From: a virus
IMG/VR virus record: IMGVR_UViG_3300025423_000009
Coordinates: 1 to 64,000 of that record
Reading direction: 5' to 3' (one strand)
DNA: 64,000 nucleotides
In this document: positions 17,323-26,782 of the stretch, in pieces
Position numbering within the stretch: position 1 is the first letter of the stretch
How the letters are laid out: each line of letters starts with the position of its first letter
The notes under the pieces: model-generated
Database searches by the model: none
Seen by the model: only the letters and a program-made list of their open reading frames with translations
Told to the model about the DNA's origin: nothing
Position numbers and translations under genes: made by a program

Positions 17323-17952
17323 CTAATTTTCAGCTTTCTTGGCCGCTTCCTCCGAGGCTTTTCGGAGCTCCTGCCGCGCATTCAGGCGCTGCACGACATC
17401 ATCGGCCGACAACCATACGTCTTGACCCTTGAGAATCGAGACGATCTCCATAGGATTCAAGAAGTCCTTGTAAACGTCCTTAAACAAATCTCCGGCCCAC
17501 TTGGTCTCAAAAGTCAACTGATCCATCATCTCACCACCTTTTCCGAAGGCCCCTCCGGAGTAGTTGTGAATCATGAAAGACGAATGTGCGGACACCTCAA
17601 AGGTATCACACGCCAGAAAAATCAGCGTGGCCGCGGACATGCAAGCACCCTCGACGGATCCGACGATGATTCCAGATGATTCCTTGATAACTCTCATGAA
17701 CTGAATGGCCGTGAAGAGATCACCTCCCGGAGAGTTGATGAAGATTCGAATGACGTCGTTTGGGCTGGCGTTTCGAATAGTATCGAACCATTCGGCATAC
17801 TCCTCGGCCTCCTCGATCTCTCCGAGAAGGTAGAAGTCGAGGATTCGTCCTTGATTCCGTTCCGTGAACGACGGCTTGTTCGAGGACTTGCTTTCCAGGA
17901 GATCACTCAGATCCAGAGCTTTAGGGCTTACCGTATGTTTCTTCATAGGCAT
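17323..17952 (-). CDS. clpP: ClpP-like serine protease
   Basis: IFINSPGG, CMSAAT (catalytic Ser), FMIH (His), DVWLSA. Confidence 0.85.
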   Translation of the reverse strand: MPMKKHTVSPKALDLSDLLESKSSNKPSFTERNQGRILDFYLLGEIEEAEEYAEWFDTIRNASPNDVIRIFINSPGGDLFTAIQFMRVIKESSGIIVGSVEGACMSAATLIFLACDTFEVSAHSSFMIHNYSGGAFGKGGEMMDQLTFETKWAGDLFKDVYKDFLNPMEIVSILKGQDVWLSADDVVQRLNARQELRKASEEAAKKAEN

Positions 17953-18634
17953 GAATCGCTTTGTGCAGGCTATCTGTCCAGTCGTCTCGCTTCTCCACGA
18001 AGACGAGCGGCTCGCTCTGGCCAGCGACGGCCATGAGCGTCACTAGTCGATCCACGGGAATTCCTGTCCTCTCTTCAAACATGATGGCATAAGCCGATTC
18101 CTGCATGAAGTAATTCTTGATCTGAGAGCGAGTCTTTACTCGTGACGATGACTTGAAGTCAATGACAGCGAGCCGACCATCAAACTCCGCGATCAGGTCC
18201 GTGCGACCAGCGACTCTCAAATGAGTCGAATAGAGCGGCCTCTCTTGGAGGTAGACTCGCCCTACCTTCGTATTTATCCTGGGCACGATTGCACGGAACA
18301 TCGAGATTGCATCTGGCATGTCTGCCGAAGTGATGAATTCTTCATCGTTTCGAATGTACCGCTCGACGATGGAATGCAGGGATTCTCCACGTGAGCAGGC
18401 AACACGAGAGACTCTCTCGGCTTCCGCGGCTCCGACGCGTTTCTTCCAGCTTTCTAGGAACTGACTCTTGCCATGACCAAGGACGGTCGTGATGGAAGGA
18501 TAGGCTTTTCCAGAGGGAATCACGTAGCGACGCTTGCCTTCAATCTCGATGGTCGAAAGGTCGTCGTATCCCAGATCGATCGAAACATGTTCGAAGGTAC
18601 GTGATCGCAGAATGTATGACAGCTTGGAGATCAC
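17921..18634 (-). CDS. PD-(D/E)XK exonuclease (T4-like phage exonuclease, Cas4-related fold)
   Basis: YPSITTVL, RG..LH, AGRTDLI, VIDFKSS, YFMQ..AYA.MFEE.TG. Confidence 0.85.
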   Translation of the reverse strand: MISKLSYILRSRTFEHVSIDLGYDDLSTIEIEGKRRYVIPSGKAYPSITTVLGHGKSQFLESWKKRVGAAEAERVSRVACSRGESLHSIVERYIRNDEEFITSADMPDAISMFRAIVPRINTKVGRVYLQERPLYSTHLRVAGRTDLIAEFDGRLAVIDFKSSSRVKTRSQIKNYFMQESAYAIMFEERTGIPVDRLVTLMAVAGQSEPLVFVEKRDDWTDSLHKAIHAYEETYGKP

Positions 18635-18638
18635 ACGA

Positions 18639-18896
18639 TCAGTAGTGATCTACCTGAGACTTCTTGCCGGCATACTTGGCCGCGCGCTTGAGAACGTCGT
18701 TCCAGCCGGAACCGGCACGTTTGATGTCCGAAACGACACCATCATATGAGAGACGCGGCGCCTCAAAGACACGATCGATGATACCCTTCTTGCCACAGAG
18801 CGGGCATTTTTCCTTGGTAGGTTTCTCTCGATCCGCGATCGGAATATTCTTCTCGAAGTCGTGATCACACGACTTGCAATGATAATTGTATGTCAT
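18639..18896 (-). CDS. FmdB-like zinc-ribbon protein
   Basis: MTYNYHCKSC.H.FE...CPLCG. Confidence 0.8.
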   Translation of the reverse strand: MTYNYHCKSCDHDFEKNIPIADREKPTKEKCPLCGKKGIIDRVFEAPRLSYDGVVSDIKRAGSGWNDVLKRAAKYAGKKSQVDHY

Positions 18897-18904
18897 GATA
18901 AGAT

Positions 18905-19489
18905 TTATGTTCCATGACCAAAGCCGGCACGAATCCACCAGTGTGGAGCACCGCGCTTCTTCCAAGTCATGGAGAATTTGCTGGCCTTGGTGAAATAGAA
19001 CTTACGATACGAACCGATCGGATCATTGTGATCCATGCATTGAGGTTCGGACTTCATGGCCAGTGGAAACTGAGTCAGAGGACCGTCCTGAAGATTCGCT
19101 GGAAATTGACCAAGAACGGAACGAAGCTCCGAGTCGGTCTTGTGAATTTTACCATATCGAAATGTGTACTCATCACAGAGGGCACAGAAGAGCTCGTAAT
19201 GCCATTTATAGTTGGCTCGAGTGGCTCGAGTCCAGATGTTCGACGGATGATTGGCATGAGTGACTTCGTATAGCAGATTATCGAGAGTCAAGTTGATGAG
19301 GCGCCAGCGTTTAACCATCTTCACCTTGCCGGATTCCAGAGTTTTGGGTTCCATGACGAGGGCGCCGTCGAGGATTCGATGAGCCGTCGAAAGCATCTGA
19401 GCGGCCTCGACGATCATCTTCACAACATGTCTGTCGCAATGCGTATGAGCGGCTTCGATCGGATCGTTTGAAAGTACGAATATGTTCAT
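18905..19489 (-). CDS. Pyrimidine-dimer DNA glycosylase / DenV-like family protein
   Basis: MNIF.LS.DP..AA..HCD.HVVKMIVE.AQMLSTAH, H.NHPS..W, AYR.YY-type C-terminus. Confidence 0.7.
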   Translation of the reverse strand: MNIFVLSNDPIEAAHTHCDRHVVKMIVEAAQMLSTAHRILDGALVMEPKTLESGKVKMVKRWRLINLTLDNLLYEVTHANHPSNIWTRATRANYKWHYELFCALCDEYTFRYGKIHKTDSELRSVLGQFPANLQDGPLTQFPLAMKSEPQCMDHNDPIGSYRKFYFTKASKFSMTWKKRGAPHWWIRAGFGHGT

Positions 19490-19491
19490 GG

Positions 19492-19535
19492 TCGTAATAT
19501 TACCATGAAGCAAAGAAAAGTAAACCGCAAAATTT
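19492..19535 (-). promoter_or_regulatory. Early promoter (GTTTACT ... TTCATGGTAATAT)
   Basis: Member of the repeated promoter family. Confidence 0.65.
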
Positions 19536-20062
19536 CACGTCCAGAGTTTCGCGCGATTCTGAATCATCCAGGTCAGATGCTCGGTCTCGATTCGATCGTA
19601 TTCGCTCTCCAGGCGATTCACCTCGCCATACAGCTCCTCGTATGACTTGAAGATGTCATGAGAATTCAATTGCGGATAGGCCTTCGAGATTTGTTCTCGC
19701 ATCTCATGACGAATGTACTTGGCCCAATGATAGATCTCCTTGATCTTGGTCTCGCCACTCTCGCTCCATACGAGGATTTCCAGTGCTTTCTCACCTTCCA
19801 CGAAGTTAATGATGGCCGCGTAGAGGAACTCAGGAATGAGCTCAACCTTATCGGACCATGAACGCGGAATGCACTTCGTGGCCCAGCGATTTTGAGGAAA
19901 GAAAAAGTCACGAGTCCAGTCATAGCTCTCTCGCATCCATCGAGGAAAGATGTACTTCATCTCGAAGTTGTACCAGTACCAGAGACGCCGGCGCCATCCC
20001 TTAGCTGGAGCACGCTCGACGTCGGTGGTATTGATCTGCTTAATGAAGTCGGTGTCGTTCAT
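19535..20062 (-). CDS. Hypothetical protein
   Basis: 175-aa Trp-rich ORF in operon. Confidence 0.6.
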   Translation of the reverse strand: MNDTDFIKQINTTDVERAPAKGWRRRLWYWYNFEMKYIFPRWMRESYDWTRDFFFPQNRWATKCIPRSWSDKVELIPEFLYAAIINFVEGEKALEILVWSESGETKIKEIYHWAKYIRHEMREQISKAYPQLNSHDIFKSYEELYGEVNRLESEYDRIETEHLTWMIQNRAKLWT

Positions 20063-20262
20063 TTGAGTGTAGGCAATGGAGTGAATGATTCCAGAAAGTC
20101 TTCGAGTGGCGAGAACCAGATGTTTGAGTCTGGTTCGGTGGTATTCAGTTTCACGGCCGTACTGGCAACGACACCCTCGTAGTCCGAAGACAAAACCGTG
20201 TAGACTTCGCGCTTTGGCGATTGCTTGTAAGCCCAGCGAGAATTCACCTTCACTTCATTCAT
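20059..20262 (-). CDS. Hypothetical protein
   Basis: 67-aa ORF with ATGA coupling; ends W.SPLEDF.ESF. Confidence 0.55.
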   Translation of the reverse strand: MNEVKVNSRWAYKQSPKREVYTVLSSDYEGVVASTAVKLNTTEPDSNIWFSPLEDFLESFTPLPTLK

Positions 20263-20696
20263 AGGATTCCAGAAAGGGCTTCCTGCACGACCTGTCGAGT
20301 GACGTTAGACCATTTGAGCTGAAGCTTATGATCCTTGGCCAGAATGAGCACTTCGGCCTCGCGCTCATTGATGGATTCCAACATGGCAATCCACTTCTTC
20401 AACTTCATGTAAGGCTTTATGTCGGTTCGACGAACGTCGAGTTCCGCAAATTCTCGAACCACGTTGATCGTACGAGCCATAGACATGCTCGGATCTCCGT
20501 TGTCCCGTTGAAACTTAGGAACACCAGGAGGAAGGTCGAAGCGAATGTCATTTCGATAGTTGATCTGCAGGATCGTGTTCAGCTCGAAGCAACGGTACGA
20601 TGCCAAGAGTTTGACTCGTGAGCGATGATCGGGCTGAGAGTTAACGCGATCGAGCATCTCGAACACCAGCGCCGGTCTTTGTTGAGTTGGATTCAT
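20259..20696 (-). CDS. Conserved T4-like hypothetical protein (DUF6433-like)
   Basis: F.LP.G.P..., KK....MLE.I...EAEVLILAKD.KL. Confidence 0.65.
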   Translation of the reverse strand: MNPTQQRPALVFEMLDRVNSQPDHRSRVKLLASYRCFELNTILQINYRNDIRFDLPPGVPKFQRDNGDPSMSMARTINVVREFAELDVRRTDIKPYMKLKKWIAMLESINEREAEVLILAKDHKLQLKWSNVTRQVVQEALSGIL

Positions 20697-20765
20697 TTGT
20701 ATTACTTATGTATTATTGTTTGAATGGTAAATTACAGGAATATGAGAATGCTAACGGAACTCATA

Positions 20766-21467
20766 TTACACTTTAACGAATCCGTCCTTGACGGCTTGCT
20801 TGGCCTGTGAAAGATTGTAATCGTAGTTGAATATCCCGATGTGAGCAATCTGTCGAGAAAGCTCGTGATCACACCAGACATCATAACCATGTTGCCGTGC
20901 CTTCTGACAGAAGTAGTAGTCCTCACCAACCTCCACTCCATGATCGGCGGAATACTCGAAGATATAGTGTGGTGCCGGAACTTTTTCATACACGGAACGA
21001 TGAACGAGCATCATTCCTTGTGGTAAACAGTCCACTCTCTCGAGCGGCGGAGAGTCGTCGGTCGTGATGAACTCCATGGTCGCTCCAGGCTTACCATTCA
21101 TGGCCGTGAAGTGAGGATTCGGAAAGTAGCGCTTACGATAGTTGGCACCGACGATGGGCACCTGACGATTCAGAAGGCGAATGCCGGCATCCGGAGGAAA
21201 TGACATGTCGGAATCGATCCACCAAGCATAGTCGCAGTTCGATTTCAAAAAGTGACCAATCAGATTTCGACGAGCGATCGTGATGACCGATGAGGTCTCA
21301 AAGGTCGAAGCGACTCCGACTCCATTGGCGACCAGTGTAGCCGAAGCCATGGCCAGAAAGTATGCAAATTGTGAGTAGACCTGATCTCCAGATGGAACCA
21401 AAGTCATGATCGAGATCGGCTTACGAGGCTGCTGAGGAGCAGGATTTCCAGACGTGTGTGTTGGCAT
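20766..21467 (-). CDS. GT-A fold glycosyltransferase (GT2-like)
   Basis: ARRNLI..FL...CDY.WWIDSD (DxD), G..LVHR.V, GEDYYFC. Confidence 0.75.
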   Translation of the reverse strand: MPTHTSGNPAPQQPRKPISIMTLVPSGDQVYSQFAYFLAMASATLVANGVGVASTFETSSVITIARRNLIGHFLKSNCDYAWWIDSDMSFPPDAGIRLLNRQVPIVGANYRKRYFPNPHFTAMNGKPGATMEFITTDDSPPLERVDCLPQGMMLVHRSVYEKVPAPHYIFEYSADHGVEVGEDYYFCQKARQHGYDVWCDHELSRQIAHIGIFNYDYNLSQAKQAVKDGFVKV

Positions 21468-21481
21468 GATATGATTTATGC

Positions 21482-21694
21482 TTAGTTGAAGAAGAACGAG
21501 AAGGAAGTCTTGATGATTGATAGATTGACCTGTTCGAGAATCAGCCATTTGATCCATGCGATCGGCCAAAAGACGAAGTCGACACAGGCCCAGAATCCTG
21601 GAGAGCATGATTCTGCTTGAACATTGATATGATAACCTAGAATAGCCGTGCCTGTTGCGACGATTATGTTTGCGATTTGATTCAATATTTTCAT
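21482..21694 (-). CDS. Small membrane protein
   Basis: Two hydrophobic segments; early promoter upstream (21700-21745). Confidence 0.55.
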   Translation of the reverse strand: MKILNQIANIIVATGTAILGYHINVQAESCSPGFWACVDFVFWPIAWIKWLILEQVNLSIIKTSFSFFFN

Positions 21695-21807
21695 TGCGTG
21701 AATAATCTAATTTAGAATGAAGGAGAAGTAAACACTTATTTTACGATGAGGCCATTCAGATGGGCACGACGAACTCGTCCGGATGATCCGGTGTGAAATT
21801 CATTTTG

Positions 21808-21850
21808 CATAAATAGAAATGCTGGTCGCGATACGTCAATATCCACCAGC
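21808..21850 (+). promoter_or_regulatory. Late promoter CATAAATA plus conserved hairpin (HEG leader, copy 2)
   Basis: GCTGGT-CGC-GATA-CGTCAA-TATC-C-ACCAGC at 21821-21850. Confidence 0.8.
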
Positions 21851-21874
21851 TCTACAATAACCAATTAAGCTATT

Positions 21875-22504
21875 ATGCAGCAGAATCATATTTATTTGGT
21901 CTATAAGACCACGAATAGAATCAATAATCATTTCTACGTAGGTGTTCACAAAAACAAAGGAATAACGTTTGATGGTTATTTGGGGTCTGGTACCGGATTA
22001 AAACGGGCAATCTTAAAATATGGAAAAGATAATTTCTATAGAGAAACTCTTTTTCAATTTGATACTGCAGAAGAAGCTTATAGAAAAGAACGTGAGATAA
22101 TTGGAACATCATATTTAACTGAAGAATGTTATAATATGCATCCCGGTGGACAGGGAATTCGAAATACTCTTATTTATATCCGTAGTCCTGAATGGCGTAA
22201 GGCTGTCTCTAGGGCAGCAAAAAGACAGGTTCATTCCATAAAACGTCGTCGAGAATCCAGTATAAGAATGTCGGGTGAAAAAAATATTGCTTGTAGAACA
22301 GATGTTCGTAAAAAGATTAGTTTGGCTAAAAAAGGAATAAAAAGATGGTATGATCAAAACGGGGCAATATCATTTGCATTTGAATCGCCAGGACCTTTAT
22401 GGAATCCGTGTCAAGGATTAAAATGGTTTCGTACAATTGAAGGAGATACGCGCTTATGTCTTCGTCGTCCTGGCCCTAATTGGCTTTTAGGCAAAGGGTT
22501 TTAA
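21875..22504 (+). mobile_element. Seg-like GIY-YIG homing endonuclease (HEG2)
   Basis: VYKTTN.IN..FYVGVH...DGYLGSG...AI.KYG..NF.RE.L..F.T.EEAY..E; AT-rich; antisense to neighbours. Confidence 0.9.
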
Positions 22505-22913
22505 GGTGCTCGGAACGAATTCTAGAGGACACCCATCGATTATAGTATTGATCCGGATTCAGAAGGCAATGACGAGCGAAGATCTCATAGGTTTCCCAGT
22601 ATGTGCAGTGAGCCTTCATGACACAGACGTGAAGGATCTCGCGTGAGAAGTTCTCGACACCAAGCTTCTCAATGTCGGCCAGAAGGTAGCTCGATGAGCC
22701 GCAGTACTCCTTCCAATCAGACTCAATCTTGAACTTCTTTCTCTTACCCTTGACTTGCTTGGACTTCGAAGACCAGAAAAACTTCTTTCCGATGTAGGAT
22801 TTACCGGTCGGAACGTGGGTAATCTTATACACGAATCCCTGAATATTCTTGGGATCCGCATCGGTGGGGAGTTGAAACGCTTTACCTTGATACATCCATG
22901 GATTGAGTGCCAT
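22476..22913 (-). CDS. Conserved T4-like GIY-YIG protein
   Basis: GFVYKIT...TGKSYIGKKFFW...ESDWKEYCGSS...FSREILH. Confidence 0.8.
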   Translation of the reverse strand: MALNPWMYQGKAFQLPTDADPKNIQGFVYKITHVPTGKSYIGKKFFWSSKSKQVKGKRKKFKIESDWKEYCGSSSYLLADIEKLGVENFSREILHVCVMKAHCTYWETYEIFARHCLLNPDQYYNRWVSSRIRSEHLKTLCLKAN

Positions 22914-22924
22914 GGAATTATGTA

Positions 22925-23086
22925 TCAGTCTTCTTCCGCGAGCTGTCCACAGAATGGGCAATAGTCGGCCGAGAGATCAGCTTCCGGATCAAAGTCCATG
23001 TCGGTGTGATCGTCCGGAGCGTCGAATGGAGTCGCACGAATCGTGTAGACCACTCGACAGGTGTTACAGTACATGTCAGTTTTCAT
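22925..23086 (-). CDS. Small zinc-ribbon protein
   Basis: Manually read MKTDMYCNTC...DYCPFCGQLAEED* (53 aa). Confidence 0.7.
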   Translation of the reverse strand: MKTDMYCNTCRVVYTIRATPFDAPDDHTDMDFDPEADLSADYCPFCGQLAEED

Positions 23087-23396
23087 GTGTATGTGTGATG
23101 CTTGGATTTAGTGTCCGCAGGACTGTCAGCGAGATCATCCCGCTTTCGAGTGCCTTTGCCGTCACATGTGCGGCAACGGGGGTTTTTGATTTTCGGTTGT
23201 CATAAGTTCGGCGTGCCTCACTTCGGCACGTTAAATTGTTTTCTGTTCTATCCGATAGTGTGAAATGCCCTGCGGCGTGGTTTTGGTGACGCGCGTCGGC
23301 ATCGTCCATCACAAGCAGCGCGTCGGGGAATAAATCCTTGTTGAACTTGCCTTCTTTCAGGAACGCCAGCGGATCTTGTGAATGTATGCCATAAAC

Positions 23397-25049
23397 TTAT
23401 GCTTCGCAGCTCGCGCAATGGAGCAGATTGCGGGATAGTTCTTGAGCCGGATTCGTTCCACGTTGATAGTACAACGTCTTCACTCCCTGCTCCCACGCAA
23501 AGATGAGGAGCTGATTAACGTCCTTGACCGGAGTCTTTGGATGAATCATGATATTGATCGACTGAGACTGATCGATGTACTTCTGCCGCGCGGCGGCCTG
23601 AATGACGATCTCCTTCTGAGAGATCTCTCCAAAGGTCTTGAAGACTTCCTTCTCGTGATCCGTCAGAAACTTGAGATGCTGTACGGATCCACCCTTCGTA
23701 AGGATCGACGACCAAGTCTCTCGATCGTTCTTCTTATGACCCTCGAGGACACATGCCAGAAACGGATTCTTGTAGGTGAACTTGCCCTTGGCCAGATCCT
23801 TGACGAAGTAGTTCGAGTTGAGCGGCTCAACGGACGGAGAGACCTGACCGAGAATGAAGGATGACGAGGTGGTCGGAGCGATCGCCATCAGAGTCACGTT
23901 TCGACGTCCGGTTCCTTTCAGCAATGCTGGCTCGCCAAACAAAAGAGCCAAAGTCTTGGTTGCTTCCTCGGCTTTCAACTCAATATTCTTGTGAATGGCC
24001 ACGTTGAGCATCTTGGCTTCCATGCTCTCGAAGGCGATCAGCTTGGATTGCAAGTATGAGTGCCAGCCGAGTACGCCAATGCCGAGCGCGCGCTGATTGA
24101 CGGCAAACTTACGAGGAGCTTCCATGTACGGAATGCCCTCGGTCTTATCGATGAACTCCGTCATGACCGCGTCAAGGAACATCACGAGCGTCTGAACCGC
24201 GTCCGTGTCCTTCCATTCATCGTAATGAAGGAGATTCATCGATGACAGATTACATACGAATGACTCATCTGGAGACGATGAGAGGGCTACCTCGCTGCAG
24301 AGATTGGAAGCATGAATGCGCTTGTTCTTCTCTTTATACACTCTTGGAGCGTTCTTATTTACGGTATCCGAGAAGAACAGGTATGGATAACCTGACTCGA
24401 AGCGCTTCTGAATAACCTTGCCCCATACTTTTCGCTTCTCCTTGTCTCCGTCGATCATCGACTTCATCCACTTGTCCGTGATCGTGACACCCAGAGAGAT
24501 GTGCTGAATCGGATTACCGTCGTCTCGAATCTGAAGGAACTCGAGAACGTCGGGATGATCGATCGGCAAATACGCGGCAAATGATCCACGACGAACGTTG
24601 GACTGAGACACCACGTTCGTGACCGTCTCGAAGAGTTCCATGAAGTGAATCGGACCGTTCGACTTTCCTCCAGACTTGATCGTCGCACCACGTTCACGGA
24701 GCGCGCCAAAATAAGCCGACGTTCCACCACCCATCTTGGTCATCATGCCGACCTCGGCCGTCTTGCCGAGAATGGACTCCATCGTGTCGTCGATATACGA
24801 ACCAAAGCAAGAGATCGGAAGGCCGCGTTCAAGTCCAAAGTTTGCCCAGATGGGAGACGAGAGCGAGTACCAGCCAAGCGACATGTACTTCTCGAAGCGC
24901 TCAGCGAAGCCGACCGACTTCAGAATCTTCTCGGCCGCCGCGGCGATCTCCTTAATTCGAGATTCCGGAGTCTGCCCATTTTCAAGGTATCCACGTTCGA
25001 GAAAGAGACGTGAATCCGAATTTAGCCAATAATAAGGTTTTGCTTCCAT
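23397..25049 (-). CDS. nrdA: Ribonucleotide reductase large subunit (short, no ATP cone; class Id-like)
   Basis: LPISCF, SQ..VRRG, NLCSE, AIAPT.SSS, TLYYQR, C-terminal CASC. Confidence 0.95.
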   Translation of the reverse strand: MEAKPYYWLNSDSRLFLERGYLENGQTPESRIKEIAAAAEKILKSVGFAERFEKYMSLGWYSLSSPIWANFGLERGLPISCFGSYIDDTMESILGKTAEVGMMTKMGGGTSAYFGALRERGATIKSGGKSNGPIHFMELFETVTNVVSQSNVRRGSFAAYLPIDHPDVLEFLQIRDDGNPIQHISLGVTITDKWMKSMIDGDKEKRKVWGKVIQKRFESGYPYLFFSDTVNKNAPRVYKEKNKRIHASNLCSEVALSSSPDESFVCNLSSMNLLHYDEWKDTDAVQTLVMFLDAVMTEFIDKTEGIPYMEAPRKFAVNQRALGIGVLGWHSYLQSKLIAFESMEAKMLNVAIHKNIELKAEEATKTLALLFGEPALLKGTGRRNVTLMAIAPTTSSSFILGQVSPSVEPLNSNYFVKDLAKGKFTYKNPFLACVLEGHKKNDRETWSSILTKGGSVQHLKFLTDHEKEVFKTFGEISQKEIVIQAAARQKYIDQSQSINIMIHPKTPVKDVNQLLIFAWEQGVKTLYYQRGTNPAQELSRNLLHCASCEA

Positions 25050-25052
25050 AGT

Positions 25053-25649
25053 TTATATATGAGTATTCAATTCCGCTTTACGCCTTATCCATGATTCTTT
25101 CATTTTTTTCCGAGTTTCTTCTGAATGAGTTTTGCCACTCATTCCCTTTGTTCTATTTCCCGGTTTTCCTTTTTTTGCGATGGATAGTTTTTCCCGCATT
25201 TCTTTAGATTTTGATTTGCCCTTTTGCCATTTGGACATTCTTTTACGAGTTTCTTCTGAATGAGTTTTGCCTGTAAACCCACCAATTCTACCAACCTGCC
25301 CTTCAGATATTTTAATCCGATGATCTTCAGACAATGATACCCCTTTATGTGATTCGGATATCTTTTTGCAAACTTCTTTAGAATGATTGATAAAAGGAGA
25401 ATGTATACCTCGCATCATTTGATATGCTCGTTTATCACCTGGCATTTTATAAATTCTCCAAAGCAAATAATGTGCAATAATATGTTCTTCGTGTGTTAGA
25501 TATGTAAAATTATATTCCTCATCTGTACCACCGGCATGTCTGGGTTTAATGTGATGCCGATATAAGGTTAATCCAGAATTTGAATTCCAAGATTCTTTAA
25601 GAAGTTTGCGAGACTCAACTAGCTTAGTATAAATAAGATTGCTGAACAT
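25053..25649 (-). mobile_element. Free-standing HNH (Mob-like) homing endonuclease with NUMOD3 repeats (HEG3)
   Basis: HHIKPRHAGG.D...N...LT.EEH.IAH.LL; GKTHSEETRK twice; between nrdB and nrdA like T4 mobE. Confidence 0.9.
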
Positions 25650-25677
25650 AGAGACCTTTCATTCTTACATGTTTAGT

Positions 25678-25723
25678 GCCGATGGGTACATCACTACCGC
25701 GATCGGCTTCAATCGTATTTATA
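25678..25723 (-). promoter_or_regulatory. Late promoter TATAAATA plus conserved hairpin (HEG leader, copy 3)
   Basis: Minus strand TATAAATA (25716-25723) then GCCGAT-CGC-GGTA-GTGATG-TACC-C-ATCGGC (25678-25707). Confidence 0.8.
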
Positions 25724-25734
25724 TAAAGATCTTT

Positions 25735-26712
25735 CTAGAAAAGATCTTCTTCATTGAATGACTTGTCGTTCTTGGAGTACTCTGTCGGGCGTTTGCTAAA
25801 AAAGTCTGTTGCTGTGTTTCCTAAGACATCCTCGGAAAACCATATAGTTTGATCCAATAGCACTTTATCTATGTCTTCAAATACTGGCTTGATGCCGATC
25901 TGAATCAGCGAATCATTTAGACGATTCTTGATGAAGTTTTTGAGAATATCCGCCGTCAGATTCTCGGATTGATAACCGTTTAATGACCAGTCAATAATTT
26001 TGGCCTCGGCCTTATAGGCTTCGATGCATTCCGAACGAATGCGTTCGATCAGCTCGTCATCGAAGAGTTCCGGATGCTCTTCACGAATTGTGTTGACGAG
26101 CTTCATTCCAGCCAACGCGTGAATGAGTTCCTCACGAGATGTGTAGGCAACCTGCTGTGAGGTGTCCTTGAGCATGTTGCGAAAGCGATTAAAGTAGTTG
26201 ATCGTGTAAAACTGAGAGAAGAGGCTCACGTTCTCGACGTACAGTGTGAAGAGAATCAGCGAGTATACATACTGCTTTCGTGAATCCTTGTAATGCTTCT
26301 TGAGGTACTTACGCAGGTATTTGACTCGATTCTGAATCACGTCGAGCTTGAGATTCTCCTCGAAGATGTGCTCCATGTCAAGGACCTTGAGCAGGCGTTC
26401 ATATGCATTGTTATGAATCACCTCGACGTTGGCCATCACGTATCCAAGATCCGTGATCGATGGATGTGGAAGATTCTCACCAACCTTGGCCCAGAACGTC
26501 TTCACGGCCACCTCGATCTGTGCGATCGCCGAAAGCGATCGAGTAATCATGTCCCTCTCGCGATCATTCAGATTGACCTTGAAGTCCTGTATGTCGGATT
26601 GAAAGTTGAATTCTTTATCGGTCCAGAATCCATGATGCATGGAATCTATGAATTCGGAAGTCCATGGATAGTGATCGGGTTTTCTGGAGATTTGTTCATC
26701 GAAGATTGACAT
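25735..26712 (-). CDS. nrdB: Ribonucleotide reductase small subunit, class Id-like
   Basis: AIAQIEVAVK, E.IH..AY, ENVSLFSQF, E.IH, C-terminal DFF.KRP.EY.K..K.....DLF. Confidence 0.95.
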   Translation of the reverse strand: MSIFDEQISRKPDHYPWTSEFIDSMHHGFWTDKEFNFQSDIQDFKVNLNDRERDMITRSLSAIAQIEVAVKTFWAKVGENLPHPSITDLGYVMANVEVIHNNAYERLLKVLDMEHIFEENLKLDVIQNRVKYLRKYLKKHYKDSRKQYVYSLILFTLYVENVSLFSQFYTINYFNRFRNMLKDTSQQVAYTSREELIHALAGMKLVNTIREEHPELFDDELIERIRSECIEAYKAEAKIIDWSLNGYQSENLTADILKNFIKNRLNDSLIQIGIKPVFEDIDKVLLDQTIWFSEDVLGNTATDFFSKRPTEYSKNDKSFNEEDLF

Positions 26713-26725
26713 AGTGCGTGATACA

Positions 26726-26756
26726 ATTTATATCATGTCACGTCTCGAGAGTACAC
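26726..26756 (-). promoter_or_regulatory. 31-bp duplicated promoter, copy upstream of nrdB
   Basis: ATTTATATCATGTCACGTCTCGAGAGTACAC, identical to 27347-27377; -35 TGTACT and TATAAAT. Confidence 0.75.
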
Positions 26757-26782
26757 AAAAAAATTACATGAACGAACTTATG

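Noticed and set aside
17921-18634. Cas4-like gene as part of a CRISPR system
   Set aside because: Ordinary T4-like exonuclease; no array or other cas genes in the window.
23090-23396. ORFs downstream of nrdA (78-aa ORF; CRTCDGKG fragment; read-through of the nrdA stop)
   Set aside because: No coherent start or recognisable family; fragments lie in different frames; at most a decayed remnant.
25053-25649. Group I intron or intein carrying the HNH nuclease
   Set aside because: nrdA and nrdB are both uninterrupted; the nuclease is intergenic with its own promoter.
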